Source: Octopus bimaculoides (Eukaryota). From it: a stretch of 64,000 nt of DNA. A program made the translations under genes and the position numbers. The stretch covers positions 90,339,481 through 90,403,480 of the forward strand of contig NC_068990.1 of NCBI RefSeq assembly GCF_001194135.2, in the 5' to 3' direction. This document shows positions 40,016 to 54,299 of the stretch, in pieces (the first letter of the stretch is position 1; each line of letters begins with the position of its first letter). The notes below the pieces were generated by a model. The model searched no databases. It was not told the origin of the DNA and worked only from the letters and a program-made list of their open reading frames with translations.

Positions 40016-41286
40016 ACTGCATTTCTCATGATGTTACTTCCTTTATGATTGTCTCCTAAACATCCATTTCCAGGGTGTATATATGTAAACGTGTATGAGA
40101 GAACGAAAATATCAACCAGACCAAAATAATGAAATTTACCGAAAGTTATATTTTCTTAATAAATAATTCAAGTAATAAGAAACTAGATAAATACCCACCC
40201 ATGAGAAATAATATATTTCAAGATATTTCCTGTCACAACAAAAATGAATTTTAAATGTTTTCCCAAAAGAGATAAAAATAAGTTTTAAATTCTCTTCCTA
40301 TCACTCATTATCTCTATCTTATATCATATTTCCTAATCATCTCTGTGTTTTTTTCTTTTTTACATTTTTCTCTTTTGTTTTCAACTTCTACTTTTTTATT
40401 CTGTTAATTATGATGCCAACCAATTCAATAGTTATTTGCTATATTAAACGATACATGAGATATCACTCTTGCTTTTCTTCTTCTTGTTGTCGTTATTTTC
40501 TCCTGACTCCATTTAGACGTAAATATTTTGCTCTGAGAATTATCAATCTATTCGAACGTAACCGAAGGATTTAATTTTTCTTTTTGGATATTATTTCAAT
40601 CAGAGACTATTTTTGAAGTTTAGAATCTTTGCCCCGGGCTTACACCAAACATTGTGATCGGACCATTTAAAACATATCTATCTTAATTTAATCGTTTAAC
40701 TCGTAGTCGAAAAATCGTTTCTTGTTACAGAGGAAATGCCCTCCCCACAAAATATCACACTGAATAAAGTAAGAAAAATTAGATATAACATTAGTGAACG
40801 CGCAAAAAAACAAAATACTGACATTCCTAGTAAAAATAAAATAAAATAAAATAAAATAAAACAGAATGTATCGTAGCATAGAAGAGATGTTTGACAACAG
40901 CACCACTGCATGTTAATATATTCTGTGAAACAAAAGCTTGGTAAACACCAATCAATTCTCTTCTTTCGCAAACGTATTTTAGAACGAAAATACAATTCTG
41001 GATATGAAGTAATGTTGCTAAAAGAACTAAAGATTGGTAACATCTTCATTATAATCTGGGCGTCAGAAACACTCAGCCCTTAACACAGTTTATAAATGTT
41101 CCTTTCTAGCTTCGTGGAATTCATTTGTTTCTTCTCCTTGCAACAAATCCGTTCCTCTTACTAATACAAAGAAACAAAATGGACCCTGCCATAAGAATGA
41201 CTGGAGTTCTTCACTAATCTAAATAATATTGCTAGCCTGGTGTGCCAACACAGAGCCTATGAAGTATTTTGCTCAGATTGATAATC

Positions 41287-41330
<44 letters not shown>

Positions 41331-41541
41331 NNNNNNNNNNNNNNNNNNNNNNNNNNNNNNNNNNNNNNNNNNNNNNNNNNNNNNNNNNNNNNNNNNNNNN
41401 NNNNNNNNNNNNNNNNNNNNNNNNNNNNNNNNNNNNNNNNNNNNNNNNNNNNNNNNNNNNNNNNNNNNNNNNNNNNNNNNNNNNNNNNNNNNNNNNNNNN
41501 NNNNNNNNNNNNNNNNNNNNNNNNNNNNNNNNNNNNNNNNN

Positions 41542-41579
<38 letters not shown>

Positions 41580-42219
41580 GAGAGAGAGACAGACAGACAG
41601 AGAAAGAGACAATACATAGTTGGGTAGATAGGTGGATGAAGACATAGATGCATTAAGTATTGCATTTTCGTTTTTAAATCTTGAATATAACCCTGGAAGT
41701 AAAATTCTACACAACGATCCATTAAAGCTTTCGTTAAAACGCACACACACGCGCACAAACACTTGCACACAGTCATGTACACCGATATGAACATTGTTAC
41801 CATTGCGATGATATGTGTAAGAATGGCACCAGCAGCTGCGAACATTAAATATGTCTGCTGGAGAACTACGCGTATCTATTGAAAGAATGAAATGCCTCGT
41901 GATGAATATTTGGCTATTTTAGTTCGATATTCTTGCAATCCTGGAAATGACCAAAGATGCGATTGAAGTACTTCTCATCCCACCGCTCCCTCCCCCTCTC
42001 TCTCTGTATCTATCCATCTGTCACCCTGTTAAGCTTTATTTACCTTTTACTTATTATTGGCACATTGGACTGCTTGCGGACATGCTGGAGCAGATCGAAT
42101 GCAGCGTTTATTTTGTTTGATTTTTTAAAAAAATCTATTATACTATGGCTCTGCACGTAAGCAAACCGAGACCAAAGTGGGTCGAAAAGCATATGCACTC
42201 GCACACACACATATACACG

Positions 42220-42286
<67 letters not shown>

Positions 42287-42349
42287 TACGCAAAGCGAAC
42301 TTCTTAATCACTTCTGTGCTTGCGCCTTGTATGGAGAGTAGGTCTATAC

Positions 42350-42605
42350 TCAGGTGACACACTCTTAAGGTAAGTTAATATCAGAAGATGAATTTTCCAT
42401 GAGGACTCGCTGCCCCCTTTAATATTTGTCTTATGTTTGATCCCCCTCGGTTTAGTATTAAGGAAGGCAAAGGCAGGGCTTAGAAATAGTAAAGGAAGAA
42501 TTAACCATTTGCTCTACATGGATGATCTGAAGCTTTTTAGTAAGAATGAAAAAGCGACAGATTCCTTAATACAGACTGTAAGACTCTTCAGCAAAGATAC
42601 AGGCA
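42350..42605 (+). mobile_element. R4/Dong-like reverse transcriptase fragment (domains 4-5)
   Basis: IFHEDSLPPLIFVLCLIPLGLVLRKAKAG...INHLLYMDDLKLFSKNEKATDSLIQTVRLFSKDTG, including the catalytic YMDD. Confidence 0.9.
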
Positions 42606-42774
42606 ACCAAACACGGGTTTTACCGCATCAGGACAATAATTGATCTTGTATGGTGTTTAATACGGTGCTACTCGTCTCTTACGCACACGCATCACGAAAT
42701 AAAATACAAATATAAAAGCTATCATCACCCTGGATTCCATCACACTTGTCGCCATTCTGAGCTGCAATTCAAAG

Positions 42775-43139
42775 AGAAAGAGAGAGAGAGAGAAAGAGAG
42801 TGAAAGAAAGAAAGAGAGAGAGGGAGAGAGAGAGAGAGAAAGAGGGAGAGAGAGAGAAAGAGGGAGAGAATGAAAGAGAGAGAGAATGAAAGAAAGTGAG
42901 AAAGAAAGAGAGAGGGAAAAAGAAAGAAAGAGAGAGAAAGTGAGAAAGAGATAGAGGACGAAAAAAAGAAAGAAATAGAGAGAAAGAGTGAGAGAGAAAG
43001 AAAGAGACAAAGAAAGCGAGAGAGAGACAGAAAGAAAGAAACAGAGAGAAAAAGAAAGAGAGAAATAAAAAGAGAAAGAGAAAGAAAGAGAGAGAGAAAG
43101 AAAGAGGGAGAGAGAAAGAAAGAGAGAGAGAGAGTTAGA
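42775..43139. repeat. Degenerate (GA/GAAA)n purine tract
   Basis: Direct reading. Confidence 0.9.
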
Positions 43140-44104
43140 NNNNNNNNNNNNNNNNNNNNNNNNNNNNNNNNNNNNNNNNNNNNNNNNNNNNNNNNNNNNN
43201 NNNNNNNNNNNNNNNNNNNNNNNNNNNNNNNNNNNNNNNNNNNNNNNNNNNNNNNNNNNNNNNNNNNNNNNNNNNNNNNNNNNNNNNNNNNNNNNNNNNN
43301 NNNNNNNNNNNNNNNNNNNNNNNNNNNNNNNNNNNNNNNNNNNNNNNNNNNNNNNNNNNNNNNNNNNNNNNNNNNNNNNNNNNNNNNNNNNNNNNNNNNN
43401 NNNNNNNNNNNNNNNNNNNNNNNNNNNNNNNNNNNNNNNNNNNNNNNNNNNNNNNNNNNNNNNNNNNNNNNNNNNNNNCACCACTATATCATATATCTCT
43501 GTAACCCTCTCTCTCTCTCTCTCTCTTTCTTCCCCTTCCCCCTCTCTCTGTCTGTCGCATAGCATCTCTCTCTACGCCTCTGCCTTCTCCATCTTCTCCA
43601 CGTCATCTTTGCACGTCATAACAGTCTTACGTAGGAAATACAAAACAGTTTTCTTCGCGATCGTAAAAAAAATAAGACCGAAAACCGCGATAATTTCCAA
43701 CACAGTAAATGCAACGGATCTAATTATATTTAAGTCTTACTTTAAAAATTCTAATATAAGCAAGTCTACTTGACTAACATACACCTACACACGCACGCAC
43801 ACACGCACACACACATACACACACACACATGTAGTCTACAATAATGACTACATCTACAGCAATCAAAAGAAACACCGCACCATTTCCACCAACAATGTCG
43901 TCAACACCGCGACCACTGACGCCATGCATCTTGAACCACGACATACTAGAAAAAGCAGCCAAATTCTCCTCAAATCTCGAGGCTCCGAAATGTAGGAAAC
44001 TGACAGGATGGCCATAGATGGGTTGTATTTGATGCCCAATTATCGCGGGTGTTACGTTCCAAACTTTCGTGATAGATGAAAATCCGCGAAGTAGAAACAG
44101 TACT

Positions 44105-44345
44105 GTACTGTACTCTTTACTCTTTTACTTGTTTCAGTCATTTGACTGCGGCCATGCTGGAGCACTGCCTTTAGTCGAGCAAATCGAATCCAGAACTTAT
44201 TCTTTGTAAGCCTAGTACTTATTCTATCGGTGTCTCTTTTGCCGAACCGCTAAGTTACGGGACGTAATCACACCCGCATCAGTTGTCAAGCGATGTTGGG
44301 GGGACAAACACAGACACACAAACACACACACACCGAGACACATAC
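44105..44345 (-). mobile_element. Family A SINE 3' half (rest lost in a gap)
   Basis: ctcttttacttgtttcagtcatttgactgcggccatgctggagcactgcctttagtcgagc...gttgtcaagcgatgttggggggacaaac. Confidence 0.92.
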
Positions 44346-45619
44346 ACACCGAGACACACACACACNNNNNNNNNNNNNNNNNNNNNNNNNNNNNNNNNNN
44401 NNNNNNNNNNNNNNNNNNNNNNNNNNNNNNNNNNNNNNNNNNNNNNNNNNNNNNNNNNNNNNNNNNNNNNNNNNNNNNNNNNNNNNNNNNNNNNNNNNNN
44501 NNNNNNNNNNNNNNNNNNNNNNNNNNNNNNNNNNNNNNNNNNNNNNNNNNNNNNNNNNNNNNNNNNNNNNNNNNNNNNNNNNNNNNNNNNNNNNNNNNNN
44601 NNNNNNNNNNNNNNNNNNNNNNNNNNNNNNNNNNNNNNNNNNNNNNNNNNNNNNNNNNNNNNNNNNNNNNNNNNNNNNNNNNNNNNNNNNNNNNNNNNNN
44701 NNNNNNNNNNNNNNNNNNNNNNNNNNNNNNNNNNNNNNNNNNNNNNNNNNNNNNNNNNNNNNNNNNNNNNNNNNNNNNNNNNNNNNNNNNNNNNNNNNNN
44801 NNNNNNNNNNNNNNNNNNNNNNNNNNNNNNNNNNNNNNNNNNNNNNNNNNNNNNNNNNNNNNNNNNNNNNNNNNNNNNNNNNNNNNNNNNNNNNNNNNNN
44901 NNNNNNNNNNNNNNNNNNNNNNNNNNNNNNNNNNNNNNNNNNNNNNNNNNNNNNNNNNNNNNNNNNNNNNNNNNNNNNNNNNNNNNNNNNNNNNNNNNNN
45001 NNNNNNNNNNNNNNNNNNNNNNNNNNNNNNNNNNNNNNNNNNNNNNNNNNNNNNNNNNNNNNNNNNNNNNNNNNNNNNNNNNNNNNNNNNGTCACTATTA
45101 CTACAATCATTATCGACATCACCGCCATTATCACCTGACATCACTATCACCACGACCACCACGACCACCACTACCACCACCACGACTATGACCACCACCA
45201 CCGCCACCACCGGCATCAACAATTACAACCTGTTGACACACTTTTATCTCTACAACAAACAACCACCGTCACAGCACAAACAACTATCGACAACTACCGC
45301 AATATGGAACACAACAACAACAAGAAACAAAACCAACGTGAATAGTAAGCTCAATAACAACAACAAGATTAATAATAACAATAATAATAACTACCAAGTT
45401 ACAATTACTCTTGACTAGAATCACCTAAAATAAACAACAAAATCAGAAGAAAAAAAACCTACTAAATTACTTAGCATACCTGATGTCTTTGATATGATTC
45501 GCCATTCTAGAGACGTGATTTTCAATCGCTTTAATGTAATGTTGTATGTATAAGCAGGTAGAATGGTTGTTGGTGTTGCGTTGGAAGAGAAATACATTGG
45601 TAGATAGGTGTCTAAATAA

Positions 45620-45697
<78 letters not shown>

Positions 45698-45786
45698 ATC
45701 TAATCACATAAAAATATATGTTGCGAAATAGATAAAAAAAAATATTGGTTATTTTGTCGGTCTCTTTGCATACATACAAATGCATA

Positions 45787-45822
<36 letters not shown>

Positions 45823-45825
45823 GAT

Positions 45826-45860
<35 letters not shown>

Positions 45861-46559
45861 ATATATATATATATATAAAGGTGTGTGCGTGTGTAAAAAT
45901 GTTAGAAAGTATTTCCTTATAAATGGACATTTTTTATTTCAACAGGTAAATCTGAAACGGGATCAACTTTAAAAAATGAATTGATTGAAATCGCTTGTAA
46001 ATAAACTTGTGTATCTAATATATAGGGCAAGGTGTATTTTATGTCTCATTATCTGTTCGTCTCTCTTTGTCTTTCTCTCTCACTCTCTGTTAACCTCTTC
46101 TTTTTCTCTCTCCCCCCACGCTCTTTCTCTATATCGCTCGCTGTCTTTCTCTCTCTTCCTCTACCTCCGCCTCCACGACACAGAATTCTCCTCTCAAGTC
46201 GAACATTCGAAGATGGGTGACAACAGATCAAAGTTAGTCGTTGTAAAGAACGATGCATACATACATACATACATACATGCATACATACATACATGCATAC
46301 ATACATACATACAACTGTGTAGGTATATGTATGTATATATACACACACATGCGCGCAAATGCACACATTATAAATGTTTGATTTTATGTCAGTTATATTC
46401 AAAGCAATTTCACTTTAAAGTGAAGAATTACTCGATCCTCTTCTGGAAAATATGCTTGTTTAACCTTTACAAGGCAAATACTTACCGCGACTTCGAAGTT
46501 ACTACGAACTCGCCTTCAGTAGACTATATATACAAAAAATTGTACGCAAACTTGTGTCT

Positions 46560-47580
46560 GTAATTTATTAAAACAAAAGTAGGGTTGAACAATTACATAG
46601 TTATTTGACATAGTCTCCTCGCTTTTCGATGCCTTTCTTCCAGTGGTCCACAAGCTTGCTTGTTCAATCGGAGAAGGCTTTTCACAGGTCGCGCAGCCCT
46701 TTATTTACCGCTTCCACCACTTATTTGTCCGTTTCAAATCGACGACCTCGTAAAGGATATTTGAGCGGGCCAAAGAGGTGATAACCGGAAGGGGATAGAT
46801 CTGTATGCAATGGTTTCAACGATGTGGGCGGCCGTATGTGCGCAAGCATTGTCGCGCAACGGTAACATTTGCTTTGACAATAGAACCCGATGTTTAGCGC
46901 GAATTGCTGGTTTCAGTTTTTTGGCCAGCATTACACCGTAGCCTTTACTGGTAATTGAAAACCTCTTTTTCTAGGTAATGTTCCAGTATAGACATATTTC
47001 TGCCCTAAAATATAGTTAGCATCACTTTTCTGCTGAGGGCTGAGAATTGAATTTCTTTCTAGATGGCTATTCCGGGCGTTTCCACTCCATTCTCTGCCTT
47101 TTGGATTATAGCTCAAAGTGATGGACCCAGGTCACATCTCCTGTAATTATTCTGTGCAAAACCGTGTCGCCTTCATCATCGTTGCGGTGAAATAATCTTT
47201 GACAGACCTCCACACGACTGTGCTTATGTGTGGCACCCATCTCGCACAGAAACGAAGCTTATCGAGGATGATTCCGTGTGCAAAACCTTGACAAATTTGC
47301 AGAAAATATACCATGCCATTGATGGTGACTCGTTGGGTCACCAGAACCATTTTTTCGTGCTTGCTGAATCTTCACATCCATGGTTGAAATTGATGAGCGC
47401 CATGATCCCCCTTCGTGCTTCACGATTGTCCGACCATTCTTAAACATCTCAATCCACTCAATCACAATTTTGCGCAGTCGAAACCCTGCGATGAATTTCA
47501 GAGCCTGACACACCACCAGACCAGAGTAATCGGATCACTGATCCATCCTTTCTTGGTGCACATGGTCAGCAGAGGGGGGG
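46560..47580 (-). pseudogene. Mariner-type (Tc1/mariner) transposase relic
   Basis: Minus-strand pieces in the expected order: GVSGSEIHRR / VIEWIEMFKNGRTIV, WVPH, ITGDVTW...YNPK, LRDNACAHTAA, DLSPSGYHLFGPLK..LRGRRFE. Many stops and frameshifts; no TIRs identified. Confidence 0.88.
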
Positions 47581-47923
47581 GGCATTCTTATTCTGTAACA
47601 CAAGAAAAAATATTGGAGTGATTAAGATCAAACCTGGGTTACGTAAGTGCAAGAGAACCCTAAAGCAGCGAGTGTTAAGGTCAACGCTATCGACGTAAAG
47701 AAAGTTTTGGCGAAAGACTTCTTCTAGTGCGTGTGTATACACTCACATATAGAAACGTCACTGGTCTTGGATAGTCATATCCTTTTTTTATTTATACATA
47801 CAAGTAGAAAAATAAATTTTTATTCAACGAGTAGACACTGAACAGTAGGGGATAAAATACATAGGGGATAAAATCCTCCTCCTCCTCCTCCTGCTCTTTT
47901 TTCACCTCCCCATCGTTCTCCTC

Positions 47924-48275
<352 letters not shown>

Positions 48276-48279
48276 AATT

Positions 48280-48378
48280 TATAAGGCGACGAATTGGAAG
48301 AATAGTTGGCACACCGGATGAAATTCTGAGCAGCGTTTCCTCCGTCATTATGTTCAGAGTTCAAATTTCGCCGAGATG
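48280..48378 (+). mobile_element. Family B SINE head
   Basis: aaggcgacgaattggaagaatagttggcacaccggatgaaattc...ttcagagttcaaatttcgccgag. Confidence 0.75.
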
Positions 48379-48559
48379 ACTTCGAAATTAAAACGTTACT
48401 TGAGCCAAACCTCTCCTGAATCGAGATACGTAGATACACCTTCGTTTTTAGGCAAAATTTTCTGAAGAAGTCTTTAATTCCCATAATGTCAAAGTTAACT
48501 GCTTGTGCTTAATATCACTTTCTGCATCTCACACTATTACAAAAGCAAATACGCAGCAA

Positions 48560-48900
48560 CACGGTCTCCACTCTGGAACAAACTCTGCAACGTCTGGAAT
48601 CTTACGAAGTGCCTACACAAAGGGCTCTACCTCTCAGAAGTTGTAGTGTATAAAGCTAACCTCACACTACCCAATGGCATCTCGAGGCACCACACTGGCA
48701 AAACAACCAACGATTTTAAGGGAAAATTTACGCAACACATATGTTCTTCAAGATATAGAAACCTGGTAAAAAGCTTTTCGATGTCATAACATCTGGAGAC
48801 CCCAGAACTAAGAGAATGTGTTTCCTTTAAAATCATATGTCTCATACTTGAGAGGGTCCTCCTTTACTCATCTAGAGTCGATAATTACCAACTTCTTCAT
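48560..48900 (+). mobile_element. Penelope-like GIY-YIG endonuclease relic
   Basis: NKLCNVWNLTKCLHKGLYLSEVVVYKANLTLPNGISRHHTGKTTNDFKGKFTQHICSSRYRN resembles the PLE pattern C.C...C...G.C....VVY.A.V......Y.G.T...FK.R...H. Confidence 0.7.
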
Positions 48901-50119
48901 CGGCAATTTTCATATCGTAGGTTCTAAGTAAACCTAATGAATAAAAACTATAATTCGATGTAAAACTACAGAAGACTGTGTGATGTGAGGAGATGTGAGA
49001 TTAATGTCGTTCCTGGCTGCCAACCACATAGATTGGTTTTCTTTTTGTCATTTAAACATGCTGTGGAATATTAGAATTATCAGACCATCAGTATTTTCCT
49101 AGATTTTTGTTTTATCCTCGGATGAAAACAAATAAGTACGTTTCTCTTAAAATTTTATTTTTCAGTTAAGTCTAGCAATTTTCTAATAAGATATTAGACG
49201 TTATCTTATTTACGATATTTCCCAACAAACGTGACTTGAAATATAAATCATCTTGTGATTAATATTTCAAGTATTAATCATCGTGAGAATATTGTCATTT
49301 AATAATAATTTAGAGTGAAAAGATTTGTATTTGCAGACTCATTCAAACAAACAATAGCTGGGGATTAAACTTTTAACATTCGGAATTATGGTGATAAGAG
49401 ATATTTGCACAAGAATTCTATTTTAACAATCAGCCAACAGCTGTGTGTAGTTGTGTATAACAATAATAGTTTAGAACAGAAGTGGAGAACATCGCTCTCA
49501 TTCCAATTAGAAAAACCTAATGCCGATGTCTCTAAAAATTCATATCAGAAAAAACAATTACACGGTTTATAATTTGCTTATTTATCATTTAATTAAAGAT
49601 TCACATTTTTAGTGACAGAAACACACTTTCTCGGAAATGTACTTTCACAGGTTCTTACGCATTTGAGATTCATCGCAGGTTCTAAAACAATTTCACGTCT
49701 GTGGTTAAGAATAATACATGACTGGAGCAAACACGAACGCTGCCTAAAATCGTAGACTTGTGAAGTTTTCACATGAAGCTGTAATCAAAATAGATATATA
49801 TTGCAACCATTAGTAACTTGACTAATAAATGTCTTGCAAGATTTTGTGAAAATCTGTTGGAGATTGAATTTAGTAGAGTTCTACGTTAATGGAAATTCTA
49901 GTAGTTCTATATCATTGTTTCAAAGAGATCGGAGAGGATCAATCATTGTCTTGTTACCATTCCAGGCTCAAACATGTCTGAAACACAAAAATTTGCGCGG
50001 TGCCAACCGTTTGTATTGCGTTCGTCTGAAGGTTAAGCAAAGGTGATAAACATGCAAATGCAGAGCATAATAAACGCATTATGTGTGACTGTGTGATTGA
50101 TGTCAGTAGTCACTGGTAC

Positions 50120-50148
50120 GACTACTACTACTACTACTGCTACTACTA

Positions 50149-50225
<77 letters not shown>

Positions 50226-50232
50226 GCTGCTG

Positions 50233-50267
<35 letters not shown>

Positions 50268-50268
50268 G

Positions 50269-50303
<35 letters not shown>

Positions 50304-50338
50304 ACTACTACTATTACTACTACTATTACTACTACTAC

Positions 50339-50373
<35 letters not shown>
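50120..50373. repeat. (TAC/TGC)n then (AAT)n microsatellite
   Basis: Direct reading. Confidence 0.95.
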
Positions 50374-50376
<3 letters not shown>

Positions 50377-50457
50377 TTCAAAGTTTAGCCCAAGGCTAGC
50401 AATTTGGTGGGCAATACCGCCCACCAAATTGCTAACCTTGGGCTAAACTTTGAAATT
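50374..50457. repeat. 84-nt near-perfect hairpin (39-bp arms, 1 mismatch, 6-nt loop)
   Basis: aatttcaaagtttagcccaaggctagcaatttggtgggc aatacc gcccaccaaattgctaaccttgggctaaactttgaaatt. Confidence 0.97.
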
Positions 50458-50459
50458 GC

Positions 50460-50605
50460 ATTGATCCCTGTATTCAACCTCAACTGATACTTAATTTATC
50501 GATCCCAAAAGGATGAAAGACAAAGTCAAACCTGGTGGCATTTGAAATCGGTAAGGACGGACGAAATGCGGCTAAGCATTTTTTCCTGAGTGCTAACGAT
50601 TTAGT
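50460..50605 (-). mobile_element. Family B SINE, degenerate
   Basis: gatacttaatttatcgatcccaaaaggatgaaagacaaagtc...gacgaaatgcggctaagcattt. Confidence 0.85.
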
Positions 50606-50634
50606 TGTTATTTATAGCTTCAATGTATTGAACT

Positions 50635-50800
50635 GGGAATATCAAAGAAATTCGACAGGAAAATACGTAACATGTTGCCTTGCAACCCAAAGGCAAACAC
50701 GGCTCGTGTTTACCTTCTCAGAGCCCAAGGATATCGGGGCTTGATCCTATTTGAACACTCATAAAACCACCACAATTGAACCGACCAAATATTGGCTACC
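50635..50800 (+). mobile_element. R4/Dong-like fragment, post-RT region
   Basis: KKFDRKIRNML..NPKANTARVYLLRAQGYRGLI resembles DRKTRK.L......HPKAD..RLYLPR..GGRGL. Confidence 0.7.
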
Positions 50801-51479
50801 ACCTCTTTAAACAGTAAAAAAATGCGTGTATAAAATGGTCGCCCAGTTTCGTTTGCGCTCCTCGCACATCCCACACAACGCAACTATATCAAGCAGAGGG
50901 ACTTAAGCATTTCAATCTCTCAAATGAAGTGAAAAGTAAATATCTTCAAACCATTTCTCTTTTCAAGATGTCTTTTCATATCATTACTGTTATTTTTCTT
51001 CTAACATTAATTATCACGTGATATTAAAATCATGATAATTGTAAAGTGATGCACGTCCTCATGAAGAGAGCAGTTTACGGCAATGAATTGAAAATTAAGT
51101 CCCGTCAGAACTAATAAACAAACGGATTATAACTAAGCAATCGATTTAAATATGCCAGAATGATGATTGTTAGTCAGGCATTGAACACAGTTATTGATTC
51201 TAACCGCAGAAGGAATGACTAAATACCGTGGTGTTAGTTGGATGCTGGTCATTCAGCTGAAATTCTGTTGAATAATGAATAATTATAATTCTATTTTAGG
51301 GGGCTTACTGTTTACATTGGACTAGCTATATATGTGTGCGTACGTGTGTGTACGTATGTGTGTGTGTGTGTTTGGGTGGGTTGGTGAGTGTTTGGGTGTA
51401 TGTGCGTGGGTGCTACAATTGTATAGTTATTTAGCCCCAGGCCGGCTTGATCAAACTAAAGTTATGAAACTGTAAATAT

Positions 51480-51695
51480 ATCCTTTCTACTAAAAAACAA
51501 GTCCTGGAATTGGTGTGGGGTGAGATAGTCGATTACATCAATCCAGTACATGACTGGTACTTAATTTATCGACCCCAAAAGGATGAAAAGCAAAGTCGAC
51601 TTCGGTGGAATTTGAACCCCCAGAACGTATAGACGGACGAAATGCTGCTAAGCATTTTATCCGGTGTGCTACCGGTTCTGTCTGGTCGCCACCTT
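51480..51695 (-). mobile_element. Family B CORE-type SINE
   Basis: tagtcgattacatcaatccagtacatgactggtacttaatttatcgaccccaaaaggatgaaagcaaagtcgacttcggtggaatttgaac. Confidence 0.9.
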
Positions 51696-51897
51696 TGAAG
51701 TAATAGAATATAATAAGAAAAATAATGCGACAAGGAATTTCAGCGAGACTTCCTTGTATTTTGGGGTTATTCTTCAGCTAAACCCTACTACGCTATGTAG
51801 TATATATATAGAACTCAAAACTTTAGTAAAGATGTTTTAGTATTAATCAGCAGAAGCTACAGAGTGACTCAAGGACCGAAAGTCTTGCGCATTGCTT

Positions 51898-51941
<44 letters not shown>

Positions 51942-52958
51942 GCCAACGCAGATAACATTAACCTTCTGAGGAATTTATTTATTTTTACTTGTCGGAAGCA
52001 GTGCAGCCAATCAAACATTATTCGTTATATAATAATTGTAGATATTGATTAGAAAGGAGAGATATCATATATAACTCCTGTACATAATTGAGTACGGTCA
52101 GCTGGTTAATAGGAATTTTAATTAGGGTAGATTATACATAATATTACTCCTAAGGTATAATTCTATTTAATATTTCACGTCGATGAAATAATTAGAAAAC
52201 AAAATGTTCAAAAGCCATTTCGATTGACTGCTCGAGTTTTTGAGAACGTCCCTCAGGGTTCTACTAGACTGAACGTCAATTATCCTCGGGGAATGGCTTT
52301 AGTACAGTTTTGCGATGTCATGACTTGAAGATATATCAAGTTTAAGGATGAAGCAACCAATTTCAGTCATTTTGTAAGGATACTAATGCAAACACACTAT
52401 TTACTCTGTTCAACGAGAATGGTTCTCTGTATTTAATTAGATTTCTTCAATTACAATGAAAGAGTTTCAATATTTTGCCAGCAGTCATGTGATAAAGACA
52501 GAAAAGGTGCGAGTGAGAGACAGAGAAAAACAGTAGTAGTAGTGGTGGTGGTGGTGGTGGCGGCGGTGGTAAAAGTTGTCAAAGCTGTTACCAGCTGTTA
52601 GTTGCAACTTCATTTCAATCCCAATATAGAATTACTTTTAAGCAGAGAGTACAAATAACCCCACATAATTAATGTAATGTGTTGGATACCATGGCTGAAT
52701 TCCAAGATCGAATCCCAGCCAAAGCAAGCCTTAACTTTTGCTGGCAGCTGTTTGAGCAGAACAGCAATTAATTGATTGGAATAAATAAGGGTAACTTTAG
52801 TTTATTCGTTAAAGTCTTAATGCGAGATGCTTAATGACTTAGAGTACAGAACGACTCAAAGGAACATCAGTGTCACGTCTTTATGTTTGTGTAATTTAAA
52901 CAAATTTGATCAATGAATACCAGATATACCAAATAAGGAATAAATTAATTGCCTGTTA

Positions 52959-52994
<36 letters not shown>

Positions 52995-53171
52995 NNNNNN
53001 NNNNNNNNNNNNNNNNNNNNNNNNNNNNNNNNNNNNNNNNNNNNNNNNNNNNNNNNNNNNNNNNNNNNNNNNNNNNNNNNNNNNNNNNNNNNNNNNNNNN
53101 NNNNNNNNNNNNNNNNNNNNNNNNNNNNNNNNNNNNNNNNNNNNNNNNNNNNNNNNNNNNNNNNNNNNNNN

Positions 53172-53216
<45 letters not shown>

Positions 53217-54299
53217 TCCATGAAACGAATATTAATCTCTAGAACCATGGTAATTGACAGAGGGATTTTAGGATTACTGTTCAAAATGAGCGATGCTATA
53301 AGTTACATCTGTTAACGGTCTTTCGTTATTACCTTTTCAAATCTCGCCGTCTTCCACGTTATCTTTCATTCTCCCACATATGATTTCATAGTAGCTAAGA
53401 AAATAGCTAACAAAATGTTGATAAATCCAGCATTCTTTCATTCATGACGTAAGAACACTGTATCTCCGTAATACTGCATGACACTCTATCTACATGATAC
53501 AATATCTACATCGTATTAGACGTGGTTTTGGTTGGCTGAGTGTTCCAGACGTATCTGGTCCTTCTAGTTCCTGGTGCAATCCATACAAAGAGTTTCTATA
53601 GATTCCTTCTGTCCAATTTCATTCTAAAAGCATGGATTTTTCTGAGGCTAAAGAAGATGACATGCGACATGTGACCTACGCAGTAGGAATCGAAGACGGA
53701 CCTTGTGACAGCAAAGCGAACGTCTTACCTATTCGGTGCTACTCATCCTATACCCGCACACACTCACACACACGAGCACACGAACACGCACCCAGACACA
53801 CCTAAACACACACACACATAAACACACACTCATACACACGCCTATACAAACACACACACAAACACATCCATACACGTATAAACATGTACACAGACACCCA
53901 CCCACCCATATCTTCCACATATATGCTTACATACTTATATGCATACGTGTGTGAGATGTACGTGTGCCTCTGTGTGTGTGCATGTGTGCATAAGTTTGTG
54001 AGTGCATGTGTGTGTTTATATGCGTGCAGAGTTTTCTACATGATTTTGGTAAGAATTAATAAACCAATCAGTATTGATTAAATAATCGTCTTAATTTCTT
54101 CCAGTAATACTTAAAAATCGATATGGATTAATTAATTTTTGTATTTTCTAGATTAATTCTTGAACTGAAATAATAAAATTATTCTTTTCACATCCTATTT
54201 TGGATTAAATCAACGAATATTATATTGATAAAGATACAGTAAATAACGCTTCATGAAAAATTAAAGTTTCTTTAGTAAGAGATAATTATAGTGATTTCA

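Noticed and set aside
52225-52260. VPQGS (RT domain 4-like) peptide
   Set aside because: Five residues only, with no collinear RT motifs around it.
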